64,000 nt of DNA, taken from Clostridia bacterium (GTDB taxonomy: Bacteria > Bacillota > Clostridia > Christensenellales > Aristaeellaceae). The notes beneath the pieces were generated by a model. The model was given only the letters and a program-made list of their open reading frames with translations, was not told the DNA's origin and made no database searches. The translations under genes were made by a program, and so were the position numbers. Shown here piece by piece: positions 35,612-45,944 of the stretch (positions within the stretch are counted from its first letter, which is position 1; the number at the start of each line of letters is the position of its first letter). The DNA is taken from assembly GCA_017473345.1 (NCBI GenBank), contig JAFULL010000042.1, forward strand, positions 1,159 to 65,158, given 5' to 3'.

Positions 35612-37120
35612 ATGTTGAAAAAATTCCTTTGCTGCCTGTGCTGTGTGCTGCTGGCAGCGCTTCCCGCCGTGTCTGTGGCGGAAGCTACTTTTACGATGGC
35701 TGGCTTTGACGGCGAAGACAGCACCCGCGACTGGAACAGCAATCTGTTCTTTGAACGTATGAAGGCGCGCACGGGTATTTCGTTTACGTTCCAGCAGTTC
35801 AACAAGGCGGAGACATGGGCTGCCGCCAAGACGGCCATGTTTGCCGAAAACGGCCAGCTGCCCGATGTGTTTTTCAAGGCTGCGCTCACCACTCCCGAGC
35901 TGATCCGCTATACGGAAAGCGGTCAGCTGATCGACCTTAAGCCCCTGCTTGCTGAAAATGCCCCCAACCTTTGGGTGCTGCTTGAGGAAAATCCGGACTG
36001 GCTGGCTGCCATCACGCTGCCCAGCGGCAAGATTGGCGCGCTGCCTTCCATTCAGACACCCGGCCCGCAAAACGGCATGTGGATCAACCAGGAGTGGCTG
36101 AACAAGCTCAAGCTGGACATGCCCACCGATATGGCCAGCCTGCGCAATGTGCTCATGACCTTCCGCGACGGAGACCCCAACGGCAACGGCAAGAAGGACG
36201 AGATCCCCATGGCATTTCTGGGCCCGTGGGAGCTGAAGTTCTTCTCTCATGCATGGGGTGTTGTGGCCAACGACTACAACATCTATCTGGATGAAAACGG
36301 CAAGGTTCAGTTCTGGCCTCTGGATGAGCGTTTCACCGAAATGGCTGCCGAGCTGCATGAACTGTTTGCTGAAGGCCTGCTGGATCCCAACGGCTTTACC
36401 ACGGCAGACTCCATGCGCATGATCAGCGATGACAAGAGCGATCTTTTCTACGGCGCCATGTTCTCGCCCACGCCGCTGAACCTGGTCACCTTTGAAATGA
36501 GCAAGAATTTTGTGGTAATGCCTGCCTTTGTCTATGAAGGCAAGCAGATCTACCGCGATCTTTTCGGCCCCATCACGCGCGGCGCATTCGCCATTACCTC
36601 CGCATGTGAGGATCCCGCTGCGCTGCTGCGCTGGGTGGACAACCTCTACACCGTGGAAGGCGCTATCGAAGCCATGGTTGGCATCGAAGGCGAAAACTAC
36701 ATTGTGGATGCCAATGGCAACTGGGACTGGAAGGGCGGTCTGGATACCATGGACATGACCGCTATGAGCAACCTGAGTGTTTATGACACGGGGGAAATGC
36801 CCTGGCTGTTCCCCAACGAATTCTATGGCCGCTATACCGACAAGCTCGTCCGCACCCTGAACGCCGAAATGGAAAAACAGTCCGAATTCGCCGTCAGCCC
36901 CTTCCCCGTCTACACCCTGACGGAGGAGGAGAGCGCGCAGGTCGTTGCGCTGCAGCGCGAGTTGGGCCGGTATGTGGATGAATCCCTCGCACGTTTCGTC
37001 ACCGGCGAGTGGGAAGTCAATGAAGAAACCGCTGCCGCTTTCCGTGAGGGCCTCATGGAGCGCGGCGCAGAAGAAATGACCGCTTTCTGGCAGAAGATTG
37101 CCGATCGCAGCCGCCCGTAA
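35612..37120 (+). CDS. Large extracellular solute-binding protein (family-1 SBP, LplA-like), orphan
   Basis: About 500 aa with a signal peptide (MLKKFLCCLCCVLLAALPAVSVA|EA). No permease or ATPase gene is adjacent. Confidence 0.7.
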   Translation: MLKKFLCCLCCVLLAALPAVSVAEATFTMAGFDGEDSTRDWNSNLFFERMKARTGISFTFQQFNKAETWAAAKTAMFAENGQLPDVFFKAALTTPELIRYTESGQLIDLKPLLAENAPNLWVLLEENPDWLAAITLPSGKIGALPSIQTPGPQNGMWINQEWLNKLKLDMPTDMASLRNVLMTFRDGDPNGNGKKDEIPMAFLGPWELKFFSHAWGVVANDYNIYLDENGKVQFWPLDERFTEMAAELHELFAEGLLDPNGFTTADSMRMISDDKSDLFYGAMFSPTPLNLVTFEMSKNFVVMPAFVYEGKQIYRDLFGPITRGAFAITSACEDPAALLRWVDNLYTVEGAIEAMVGIEGENYIVDANGNWDWKGGLDTMDMTAMSNLSVYDTGEMPWLFPNEFYGRYTDKLVRTLNAEMEKQSEFAVSPFPVYTLTEEESAQVVALQRELGRYVDESLARFVTGEWEVNEETAAAFREGLMERGAEEMTAFWQKIADRSRP

Positions 37121-37152
37121 CTCAAAATACAGCCAAAAGGATGGGAACAACG

Positions 37153-38445
37153 ATGAACAAGTATGCGCAGATGATCAGTCAGCTCAAGACTCCCGAGGTG
37201 ATGAAGCAGTTCAACTATCTCTATGGTCAGCGCGATGGCATGCTCGTTTCGCAAAGCATTCGTTACAGCCAGCTCATCAAGCGCCACGAGGAACTGGTGG
37301 GCAATTCCGAAGGCCTGTGCATGATCAGCGCCCCCGGCCGTACCGAAATCGGCGGCAATCATACCGACCATAACCGCGGCAAGGTGCTGGCCGCTGCCGT
37401 CAATCTGGATACCGTGGCTGCCGTCACGCCCCGCGGGGACGGAAACGTCAGCATTTACAGCGAAGGATATGCGCCCCTGCACCTTTCTCTGGAAGACCTG
37501 AGTGTGCGTGAGGATGAACAGGGCACCACTGCTGCGCTGGTGCGCGGTGTGGCTGCGGGCATGCAGGCGGATGGCCTGAAGATTGGCGGTTTTGACGCCG
37601 TGATGACATCCACCGTACGCAGCGGCAGCGGACTGAGCAGTTCTGCTGCGGTCGAAGTGCTGATTTGCGCTATCTTTGACGAGCTGTACAACGGCAACAA
37701 GCTCACCGCCAAGCACCGTGCGCAGATTTCACAATACGCTGAAAATGTGTATTTCGGCAAGCCCAGCGGCCTGATGGATCAGATGGCCTCCAGTGTGGGC
37801 GGCCTGGCCTATATCGACTTCAAAGAGGATGATCCTGAGGTGGAGGCTGTGTCCTACGACTTTGCTTCCAAGGGATATGCGCTGGTCGTGGTCAACTCCG
37901 GCGGAAGCCATGACGACCTTACGCCTGAATACGCCGCCATTCCTGCGGAAATGCGCGCTGTTGCCGCCTGCTTTGGCGAAAGCTACCTGCGCGGTGTGCT
38001 GCCCGAAAAGTTCGTTCAGGCCATTCCGCGTCTGCGCGAGGAACTGAAGGATCAGCATGCTGACCGTGCCATTCTGCGCGCTGCACATTACTTTGCTGAA
38101 AACCGTCGTGCGACCGACGAGGTGGCTGCCCTGAAGAAGGATGACATTCAGGAGTTCTTCCGTCTGGTCATCGAAAGCGGCCGCAGCAGCTTCTGTTACC
38201 TGCAGAACATCTTCCCCAATGCAGACTGTCAGGAACTGTCCCTCGCGCTGATGCTGGGCGAACAGCAGCTGGCGGGCGACGGTGCATGGCGCGTGCATGG
38301 CGGCGGCTTTGCCGGCACCACGCTCAACTTTGTGCCGCAGAAGCACCTGAACACCTTTGTGCAGAGCATGGAGGCCGTCTTCGGTGCTCACAGCTGCAAC
38401 ATTTTGGACATCCGTCCCGTAGGCCCTGCCTGCATCAAACTGTGA
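37153..38445 (+). CDS. galK: Galactokinase (GHMP kinase family)
   Basis: Galactokinase signature [15 protein letters not shown] and GHMP ATP motif [10 protein letters not shown]. Confidence 0.8.
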   Translation: MNKYAQMISQLKTPEVMKQFNYLYGQRDGMLVSQSIRYSQLIKRHEELVGNSEGLCMISAPGRTEIGGNHTDHNRGKVLAAAVNLDTVAAVTPRGDGNVSIYSEGYAPLHLSLEDLSVREDEQGTTAALVRGVAAGMQADGLKIGGFDAVMTSTVRSGSGLSSSAAVEVLICAIFDELYNGNKLTAKHRAQISQYAENVYFGKPSGLMDQMASSVGGLAYIDFKEDDPEVEAVSYDFASKGYALVVVNSGGSHDDLTPEYAAIPAEMRAVAACFGESYLRGVLPEKFVQAIPRLREELKDQHADRAILRAAHYFAENRRATDEVAALKKDDIQEFFRLVIESGRSSFCYLQNIFPNADCQELSLALMLGEQQLAGDGAWRVHGGGFAGTTLNFVPQKHLNTFVQSMEAVFGAHSCNILDIRPVGPACIKL

Positions 38446-38464
38446 CCTGCCAGGAGGAATGCAC

Positions 38465-39628
38465 ATGAGCAAGCGTGTTTTTCTGGTCGTACTGGACAGC
38501 GTAGGCGCCGGCGCGCTTCCTGATGCGCAGCAGTATGGCGATCTGGGCGCCAATACGCTCGGACATATCATTGAACAAAAGAAGCCTTCCCTGCCCAATA
38601 TGGAAAATATGGGCCTTGGGCTCATCCCCAACGTGGGCGGCAATCTGCCTGTGTGCGGCGCGGGTGCATATGGCCGCGCTGCGGAAGTATCCGCCGGCAA
38701 GGACACCACCACCGGCCACTGGGAGATCACCGGTCTGAAGCTGGAGAAGCCATTCCCGACCTATCCCAATGGTTTCCCGGCTGAGGTGATCGAGGCGTAT
38801 GAAAAGGCCATCGGCACCAAAACGCTGGGCAACTATCCTGCCAGCGGCACGGCCATTCTGGACGAACTGGGCGAGGAACATCTGCGCACGGGTTACCCCA
38901 TCGTGTACACCTCCGCCGACAGCGTGTTCCAGATTGCCTGCCATGAGGAGATCTACAGCCCTGAAAAGCTTTACGAACTGTGCGAGATCGCCCGCAAACT
39001 GCTTCAAGGCGAGCACGCCGTGGGCCGTGTGATCGCCCGCCCCTTCGTAGGCAAGGAAAAGGGCGCTTTCGTCCGTACGCCCCGCCGCCGTGATTTTTCG
39101 CTGCAGCCAACGGGCAGGACGGTGCTCAACGCTCTGCAGGATGCCGGTGTGTATACCATGGGCATCGGCAAGATCGAGGACATCTTCTGCATGAGCGGTC
39201 TGCAGGAAAGCGACCATGCCGCAGGCAACCCCGCCTGTGTGGATGCCATGCTCAAGGTGATGCAGAAGGACTTCAACGGCCTCGTTTTCGTCAACCTGGT
39301 CGATTTTGACTCGCTCTACGGCCATCGCCGTGATGTGCAGGGCTATGCCGATGCACTGGTATATTTTGATAAGCGACTGGATGAAATCAAGGCCGCGATG
39401 CGCGAGGACGACCTGCTCATCCTGACGGCTGATCACGGCTGCGACCCGGCCCATACCGGTACGGATCATACCCGCGAATATGTGCCCCTTCTGGCGTGGA
39501 GCCGCGGCATGACCGGCCTGACGGAACTGGGTACCCGCAAAACCTATGCGGATATTGCTGCAACCATCGCTGAACTGTTTGGACTGGAAGAGCGCTTTGG
39601 CGCTGAATCCTTTGCACACTTGCTCTGA
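38465..39628 (+). CDS. deoB: Phosphopentomutase
   Basis: N-terminal [27 protein letters not shown]. About 388 aa. Metal-binding motifs ADHGCDP and [11 protein letters not shown]. Confidence 0.9.
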   Translation: MSKRVFLVVLDSVGAGALPDAQQYGDLGANTLGHIIEQKKPSLPNMENMGLGLIPNVGGNLPVCGAGAYGRAAEVSAGKDTTTGHWEITGLKLEKPFPTYPNGFPAEVIEAYEKAIGTKTLGNYPASGTAILDELGEEHLRTGYPIVYTSADSVFQIACHEEIYSPEKLYELCEIARKLLQGEHAVGRVIARPFVGKEKGAFVRTPRRRDFSLQPTGRTVLNALQDAGVYTMGIGKIEDIFCMSGLQESDHAAGNPACVDAMLKVMQKDFNGLVFVNLVDFDSLYGHRRDVQGYADALVYFDKRLDEIKAAMREDDLLILTADHGCDPAHTGTDHTREYVPLLAWSRGMTGLTELGTRKTYADIAATIAELFGLEERFGAESFAHLL

Positions 39629-39650
39629 TCGAACATGGAGGAAAACAATC

Positions 39651-40475
39651 ATGGAAACCAAAGCTTATCTTGAAATCATCGAAAATGCTGCCAGCGCCAT
39701 TGAGACTGTCTGCGGCAAGGCGGAAGTCGCCGTGATCCTCGGCAGCGGCCTGGGCGGCTATGTGGACGCCCTACAGGATGCCAAGTGCGTGTCCTATGCC
39801 GACATCCCCGGTTTCCCCGTATCCACCGTTCCCGGCCATGCCGGTTGCTGGTGGGTGGGCACCCTGCACGGCAAGCGCGTGTACATGATGCAGGGCCGCT
39901 TCCATTCCTATGAAGGCTACGACCAGCAGACCGTCACCCTGCCCATCCGCGTAATGAGCAAGCTGGGCGTGAAGACCCTCATCGTTACCAACGCTTCCGG
40001 CGGCGTGAATACTTCTTTTGCCCCCGGCGATCTGATGCTGATTACCGACTTCATCAACTTCTCCGGCAAGAATCCGCTCACCGGCCCCAATCTGGACGAG
40101 TTTGGCCCGCGCTTCCCCGATATGAGCCGCGCCTATGACCGTCAGCTGCAGCAGATGGCCCGCGATACTGCCGCCAAGCTTGGTATTAAGCTGCAGGAAG
40201 GCGTGTACTGCTGGTTCAACGGCCCCTGCTTCGAGACGCCTGCTGAGATCCGCATGGCACGCGTCATCGGCGCTGACGCCGTGGGTATGTCCACTGTGCC
40301 TGAAACCATCGTTGCCCGTCACTGCGGTATCGATGTGCTGGGCCTGAGCTGCATCACCAACATGGCTGCCGGCATTCTGGATCAGCCCCTCAACCATGAG
40401 GAAGTTATGGAAACCGGCAACCGTGTGAAGGATACCTTCCGCAAGCTGGTTGATGGCGTGATCGAAGCGATGTAA
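39651..40475 (+). CDS. punA: Purine nucleoside phosphorylase (PNP/MTAP family 2, trimeric type)
   Basis: Motifs ILGSGLG, VPGHAG, RFHSYEGY, NASGG and GADAVGMSTVPE. Start at METKAYL. Confidence 0.85.
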   Translation: METKAYLEIIENAASAIETVCGKAEVAVILGSGLGGYVDALQDAKCVSYADIPGFPVSTVPGHAGCWWVGTLHGKRVYMMQGRFHSYEGYDQQTVTLPIRVMSKLGVKTLIVTNASGGVNTSFAPGDLMLITDFINFSGKNPLTGPNLDEFGPRFPDMSRAYDRQLQQMARDTAAKLGIKLQEGVYCWFNGPCFETPAEIRMARVIGADAVGMSTVPETIVARHCGIDVLGLSCITNMAAGILDQPLNHEEVMETGNRVKDTFRKLVDGVIEAM

Positions 40476-40480
40476 CAGTC

Positions 40481-40509
40481 AAAAAGCTCCCCAAACGGGG
40501 AGCTTTTTT
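40481..40509. terminator. Bidirectional terminator
   Basis: aaaaagctcccc / ggggagcttttt with loop aaac. Confidence 0.85.
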
Positions 40510-41360
40510 CATATGCCCTTGGACTGCCTGCGGTAATCACTGGGCGTGAGCTGGTATTTCTTTTTGAACTGGCGTGAGAAGTAATTGCCGTCTTCAAATC
40601 CGCAGCGGCGCGCAATATCGTCGATATGCATATCGGACTCTGTCAGGTAACGCACAGCACGCGACAGCTTTGCGTCGTTGATATAGGCTGCGGGGGTAGT
40701 CAGAAACTGCTTTTTAAAAACGCGGATGAGGTATTGCTTGGTGTACCCGAAGTGATCCGCCAGCATGGAAAGCGTGGGCTGATGTGTGAGGTTTTCCAGA
40801 ATGTAGTTTTCAATTTCACAGGCCAGCGTTCTGTCGGACGGGTTGACAGAGCGTTCGGCAGCGTGGGTGAGAGCTTCAAAGAACGAGAGGTTCATTTTGA
40901 TATTGCTGCAGGGATCAATGCGCGTCATTTCACTCAGGATACCTTCCAGACAGAAACGGATACTGCTGTCAACAGGAAAGGATGCAGGCAGATAAAAGAC
41001 TGCGGGAGCATGCTCCATCTGCTCGGTATAGCGATAGCTGCGGCTCATGGCAGGAGGCTCGTCTGTTTCTTCAATCTGCGCATGAAAATGAAAGTACTGA
41101 TAAAGACAGCCATTTTGCGTATAGGGCGCATAAAAAACATCCTGTGGAATGATGACGGCATTCCCCGGGTTTAATTCTATGCGGTTGTTGCCGATGAGAA
41201 ACGAGCAGCTGCCTTCCTCCACATAGCACAGAATGCTGCGGTCCAGCGTGCGGCCGGTATGATTCCAGCCGGGTGCTTCGGAAACACGACCGGCCATTTC
41301 AAGCGTCATCAGGTCATGAAAGCTGATTTTATACATTTGATCACCCGGCTCATTATACAT
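40509..41360 (-). CDS. AraC family transcriptional regulator (cupin N-domain plus HTH)
   Basis: C-terminal double HTH (..LSMLADHFGYTKQYLIRVFKK....IDDIARRCGFEDGNYFSRQFKKKYQLTPSDYR). The start is uncertain and may be the 9th codon. Confidence 0.85.
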   Translation of the reverse strand: MYNEPGDQMYKISFHDLMTLEMAGRVSEAPGWNHTGRTLDRSILCYVEEGSCSFLIGNNRIELNPGNAVIIPQDVFYAPYTQNGCLYQYFHFHAQIEETDEPPAMSRSYRYTEQMEHAPAVFYLPASFPVDSSIRFCLEGILSEMTRIDPCSNIKMNLSFFEALTHAAERSVNPSDRTLACEIENYILENLTHQPTLSMLADHFGYTKQYLIRVFKKQFLTTPAAYINDAKLSRAVRYLTESDMHIDDIARRCGFEDGNYFSRQFKKKYQLTPSDYRRQSKGI

Positions 41361-41484
41361 CCATCCGGCATAAACGTAAACCCGTCAAGTTTCATATTGT
41401 GCGAATGCAGGTTTCATTTTTCCCTTGCGCTATCGCGGCGATACGGTATAATAGAAGTATCACACAGGAGGGAGTGTCCTCATT

Positions 41485-42750
41485 ATGGTTGAATACAAAA
41501 TTCAGGATTTCGGCGCCGTGGGCGACGGCGTAACTTTGAACACGGAAGCCATTCAGAAGGCAATCGACGAGGCCAACAAGGCCGGCGGCGGCAAGGTCAT
41601 CGTATCTGCCGGCACGTTCAAAACCGGCGGCATCCAGCTCAAGAGCTTTGTTGAACTGCATATTGCGGTCGACGGCATTTTGCTGGGCTCTGAAAAGTGC
41701 GAGGATTATCAGGAGTATGTAGATGCAAAGCACGTCAACGTGCCCATGCTGCCCCGCTGGCGCAGCTCCTGCCTGATTTTTGCTGACGAGGCTGAGCGCA
41801 TCGCCATCACTGGCAGCGGCACCATCGACTGCAACGGCAAGCACTTCGTTACCAAGCGTGAAGGCACCTTCTACGGCTGGGCCTACACCCGCAAGAGCGA
41901 GCCCACGCCTCCCCGCGCTGTGTTCTTCACCGGCTGCTCTCATGTGCGCGTTGAGGACGTGACCATGATCAATCAGCCCTCCGGCTGGTCCTACTGGATC
42001 CACGACTGCGACTATGTGCACATGACCCGTCTGGATATTCTGGCCGACGTGCAGTATCCCAACAACGACGGCATCCACATCAACTGCAGCCGCCATGTGA
42101 CGGTGTCCGACTGCAACATCACCTGCGGCGACGACTGCATCATCCTGCGTGCCAACAGCGTATCCCTGAAGGAAAACAAGGTGTGCGAGTTTGTGACCAT
42201 CACCAACTGCAACCTCACCAGCTATTCCTCCGGTGTGCGCATTGGCTGGACCAACGACGGCGTTATCCGCAACTGCACGCTCTCCAACCTGGTCATGATC
42301 GACTGCTCCACCGGCATCGGTCTGCATCTGGTGCCGTCCGTGCGTAAGGCTGAGATGGACCATAGCAACTCTGCCGGTTCCGACGTAGGCCGCGAGGCGA
42401 CGCTGGTGGAAAACATCTCCTTCTCCAATGTCATCATGGACAAGCAGTGCGGCTATCCCATCCACATTCAGCTCAATCCTGCGCCTCATGTGAAGGTGGC
42501 GGCCATCCGCAACCTCTACTTCACCAACGTTCATTCCCGCGGCCCCGAGTTCCCCTGCTTTGAGGGACGCGAGGACTGCCCCATCGAAAATATCTACCTC
42601 AACAACTGCTCCTTCGAGCAGACCGACGGTTCTGAATTCGAGAACATCGAGGTTCACGGTCCCGTTCATTCTTCCGCTGACGGTTCTCATCCCATGAAGC
42701 TTGTGAACATCCGCGGCCTGCATATGAACAATACCACCTTCACCGCGTAA
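41485..42750 (+). CDS. Glycoside hydrolase family 28 (polygalacturonase-like parallel beta-helix)
   Basis: N-terminus IQDFGAVGDGVTLNTEAIQKAID, with NNDGIHI and CGDDCIIL motifs. Confidence 0.8.
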   Translation: MVEYKIQDFGAVGDGVTLNTEAIQKAIDEANKAGGGKVIVSAGTFKTGGIQLKSFVELHIAVDGILLGSEKCEDYQEYVDAKHVNVPMLPRWRSSCLIFADEAERIAITGSGTIDCNGKHFVTKREGTFYGWAYTRKSEPTPPRAVFFTGCSHVRVEDVTMINQPSGWSYWIHDCDYVHMTRLDILADVQYPNNDGIHINCSRHVTVSDCNITCGDDCIILRANSVSLKENKVCEFVTITNCNLTSYSSGVRIGWTNDGVIRNCTLSNLVMIDCSTGIGLHLVPSVRKAEMDHSNSAGSDVGREATLVENISFSNVIMDKQCGYPIHIQLNPAPHVKVAAIRNLYFTNVHSRGPEFPCFEGREDCPIENIYLNNCSFEQTDGSEFENIEVHGPVHSSADGSHPMKLVNIRGLHMNNTTFTA

Positions 42751-42817
42751 ACTGCGATGATAATTGACTCCTTCCGTGCGTATGCTGAAAACAGCTGCCA
42801 TGGAAGGAGTTTTTTGT

Positions 42818-43966
42818 ATGAGGAAAAGACTGAGCGCGGCGCTGGCAATGTTGCTTTGCGTAAGTACGGCAATGGCGGCGCCGCTTGAAACAGGCGTGCC
42901 GGTGGAACTGACTTCACCCAGCGCCATGCTGGTGGAGGCTGAGACCGGCACGGTGATCTTTGAAAAGAATGCCGATGAAAAACGGCAGGTCGCCAGTGTG
43001 ACCAAACTGATGACGCTGCTTTTATGCTTTGAAGCATTGGAAGCGGGGGAGATCCACCTGGAGGACGATGTGACCATCTCCACCGAGGCGGCCGGGCAGA
43101 TCGGCAGTCAGGCACTGCTGGACGCCGGAGCTGCCTACAAGCTGGAAACACTGCTGCATGCGACCATCATCGCCAGCGCCAACGATGCAGCCTGCGCGCT
43201 GGCTGAGCATATGGCCGGTACGGAAACGGCGTTTGCGGATCGCATGAATGCACGTGCTGCTGAACTGGATATGAAAGACACGTATTATGTGAATTCCACC
43301 GGCCTGCCGGACGACCGGCAGTACACTACGGCGCGAGACGTGGCAAAGCTCTCGTGTGAGGTATGTCGTCACCCTGACTACTTTACGCATGCATCTGTAT
43401 GGATGGATACGCTTACTCATCCCAGCGGACGCACCACCGACCTGACCAACACAAATAGGCTGGTGCGGTTTTACAATGGATGCGATGGTCTTAAAACCGG
43501 CAGCGCAGATGCATCCAGATACTGCCTGAGCGCAACGGCGCAAAAGAATGGGCTGAGGTTAATCGCCATCGTGCTGGGTACGCCAAACAGTCAGACGCGC
43601 TTTAACGAGGCGCGGGCCATGCTGGATTATGGCTTCGCAGGATATAAGCGTGTGACAGTGCTGCAGAAGGGCGACCGTTTGGGCAAAAGCGTGCCGGTGA
43701 AAATGGGACTGCAGGATGAGGTGGAAGTCGCTGCCGGAAGAGGGCTCAGCATGCTGCTCAAACCGGGGCAGGAAAAGCAGCTTTCCATTGAAGTGGAATT
43801 GCCCGAAGAAGTGAACGCGCCTGTAGCCGAAGGCGATGCGCTGGGTGTGGTGCGTGTGAAACTGGGCGACAGCATCATCGCAAGATTGCCAGCAGTGGCT
43901 TCATGTGATGTGGATATGCCGGGGCTGCTTGCGGCCTTTGTGAGACTGTTTGCCAACTGGCGTTAG
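42818..43966 (+). CDS. D-alanyl-D-alanine carboxypeptidase (peptidase S11, DacB/DacF-like)
   Basis: Signal peptide, then SxxK (ASVTKLM), SxN (ASANDAA) and KTG (LKTGS) motifs. Confidence 0.85.
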   Translation: MRKRLSAALAMLLCVSTAMAAPLETGVPVELTSPSAMLVEAETGTVIFEKNADEKRQVASVTKLMTLLLCFEALEAGEIHLEDDVTISTEAAGQIGSQALLDAGAAYKLETLLHATIIASANDAACALAEHMAGTETAFADRMNARAAELDMKDTYYVNSTGLPDDRQYTTARDVAKLSCEVCRHPDYFTHASVWMDTLTHPSGRTTDLTNTNRLVRFYNGCDGLKTGSADASRYCLSATAQKNGLRLIAIVLGTPNSQTRFNEARAMLDYGFAGYKRVTVLQKGDRLGKSVPVKMGLQDEVEVAAGRGLSMLLKPGQEKQLSIEVELPEEVNAPVAEGDALGVVRVKLGDSIIARLPAVASCDVDMPGLLAAFVRLFANWR

Positions 43967-43967
43967 A

Positions 43968-44006
43968 AAAAGAACTGCCGTATCCAAACGATGCGGCAGT
44001 TCTTTT
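43968..44006. terminator. Bidirectional terminator
   Basis: aaaagaactgccg / cggcagttctttt with a 13-nt loop. Confidence 0.75.
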
Positions 44007-44013
44007 GTAGTAT

Positions 44014-44937
44014 TTACTTGTTGACCTTGAAGAAATAGCGGCTCACGTAACCGGTCACACCGTCGATCTCGGCCTTGCACCATACGTCGCCGGTTTCCAG
44101 CACCTTGATTTCGGTGCCCACGGGATGCGCCTTGATGATGGAGGCGTTCAGACCGGGCGCCTTGCGGAAGTTGACGATGCTGTTGCCGTTGGGGTTGGTG
44201 AGGGTGGCCGTGAAGGGCGCTTCAGGCAGCGTAGTGGAAGAGGAACTGCTGAGCTTGATGAACTTCTTCATCATGTAGCCATTCTTTCCGCTGACGGTGA
44301 CTTTGTAGAAATCGCCGCTTTCGCCGGTGATGGTCACCTGCGTACCATTGCGGAAGTGACCCAGCACACGGGCGTCGGTGCTGGCCTTTTCACGCAGCAG
44401 CAGCACCTGATTGGCACCGGGGTTGCTGACGGTACCGGCCTTCGCGGTGTTGGAAGTGCTGCCGCTGCCGGTGGTCAGATACTGGCCGGACATGTAGCCG
44501 GTGAGACCATCCACGCTTACCTTGTGCCAGGTCTTGCCATAGGTGAGCACCTTGACGGCCGTGCCGGGCTTGAAGCTGGTGATGATGTTGCCCTCGAGGG
44601 AAGGCTCATCGCGCAGGTTCAGGCCTCGGCCGGTATTGGTGCGCACATACAGGGTCTTTTCAGCGGTGGAATCGGCCAGATACTTCGTCATCACATAACC
44701 GGTGCTGCCAGCAACCTCCACCTTGCTCCATTCGCCTTCTTCGCTCAAAACGGTCATCCATGTGCCGGTGGGGTACTGCCTGATGACCTTTGCGTCCAGC
44801 GAGGGTTCCTGACGCAGGTTCAGCAGTCCGCCCTGAACAACCTTGTGGGTCTCGGCGAGGGAAGAAAGCGGCATGGCCAGTGCCAGCGCAAACGCGCCTG
44901 CACGGAGGCATCTTTTGTAAAGATGGGGCTTTTGCAT
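44014..44937 (-). CDS. Secreted protein with four bacterial SH3 (SH3_3) repeats
   Basis: Signal peptide, then four repeats of about 70 aa of the pattern LNLR..PS....VI........V.V......W.KV...G.TGYV...YL. Start at MQKPHLY, with GGAGG upstream. Confidence 0.75.
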   Translation of the reverse strand: MQKPHLYKRCLRAGAFALALAMPLSSLAETHKVVQGGLLNLRQEPSLDAKVIRQYPTGTWMTVLSEEGEWSKVEVAGSTGYVMTKYLADSTAEKTLYVRTNTGRGLNLRDEPSLEGNIITSFKPGTAVKVLTYGKTWHKVSVDGLTGYMSGQYLTTGSGSTSNTAKAGTVSNPGANQVLLLREKASTDARVLGHFRNGTQVTITGESGDFYKVTVSGKNGYMMKKFIKLSSSSSTTLPEAPFTATLTNPNGNSIVNFRKAPGLNASIIKAHPVGTEIKVLETGDVWCKAEIDGVTGYVSRYFFKVNK

Positions 44938-45241
44938 AAGGGGGATACCTCCTTTGTGTTTTGGCAGGGAGGTTTGTTCCGTGCCATTCGTCCATCCTAC
45001 GAACGCTTTTTGTTTTTCCATGCCACTTGAGGCTGACTGTTTTTGACGTTAATGGAAACAAACGGGTGAAAAATGTCAGACTTCACCAGCACGTAAACCG
45101 TTAAATACAGTATGGCTTTGAAAAATGTTGTTTTTTCAATGGGAAAAAATACCTGTCCTTTGCATGAATGGCATGCTTTGCTTGCAGGCTTGTCGCATTT
45201 GCCGGACAAACTAGCTGCGCATCCATGGAAGGAGGACGACG

Positions 45242-45718
45242 ATGCTGACGAGCCTGGAAAGGATCACAGGCATGCCTGTGGTGTGGAAGGACGAACAGGT
45301 GGGGCTTGTGGAACAGGCAGTGGCTGATGCCGAAGCACACAGACTGTGCGGGCTGATCATTCGCAAGGGCCTGCGCAGTGCGCGCTGGTGTGCGGCGGAG
45401 GATATCACACTGGTGGGAAATGCCTGTGTGCTCATCTCCCAAAAACCTGTAACCATGCCTGAAAGACGCCCTTCCGCCATGAAACAGGCTTTCCTGGCGA
45501 ATGGTCAGTACGCTGGGCAGGTCACGGACGGGCTGCTCCATCCGGAAACGCTGCAGATCAAGGCCATTCAGATCAGCCCGGGGCCCATTCACAGGCTGTT
45601 TGGCTACTGCGCCTACGCCAGCGAGTATCGGCTGGATACGGAGGGCAGTGTGGTGATCGACGGCCTTCTGTCGTGGGAGCAGCTCAAAAGCCAGATCAGA
45701 GAGGAGGACCCCACATGA
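45242..45718 (+). CDS. PRC-barrel domain protein (YlmC/YmxH-like, duplicated)
   Basis: Pattern ..ITGMPVVWKDEQVGLVEQAVAD..RLCGLIIRKG.. and a second related half. Strong RBS. Confidence 0.55.
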   Translation: MLTSLERITGMPVVWKDEQVGLVEQAVADAEAHRLCGLIIRKGLRSARWCAAEDITLVGNACVLISQKPVTMPERRPSAMKQAFLANGQYAGQVTDGLLHPETLQIKAIQISPGPIHRLFGYCAYASEYRLDTEGSVVIDGLLSWEQLKSQIREEDPT

Positions 45719-45858
45719 ATATGGTCAAGACAGCCGCCGTAGGAGCGATCGCCTTTGCAATGGGCGCAGGCACGATGCTGATGCCGGGCGGACAGAAGCT
45801 GAAACGTCAGGCGCAGAAGCAGGTGGATAAACTGGTGAAGATGACCCGCAGCTGGTAA
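45715..45858 (+). CDS. 47-aa hypothetical small protein (one hydrophobic helix plus basic tail)
   Basis: The ATG overlaps the upstream stop (ATGA). GAGGAGG lies 7 nt upstream. Sequence: MNMVKTAAVGAIAFAMGAGTMLMPGGQKLKRQAQKQVDKLVKMTRSW. Confidence 0.45.
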   Translation: MNMVKTAAVGAIAFAMGAGTMLMPGGQKLKRQAQKQVDKLVKMTRSW

Positions 45859-45944
45859 GCGGCTTTCCTGCGGCCCTGTGAACGGGCTGCAGGTTTCTTT
45901 ATGTAAATCGTCTGCAATGATTTTTTCCGGAAAGGAGCGGCTGC

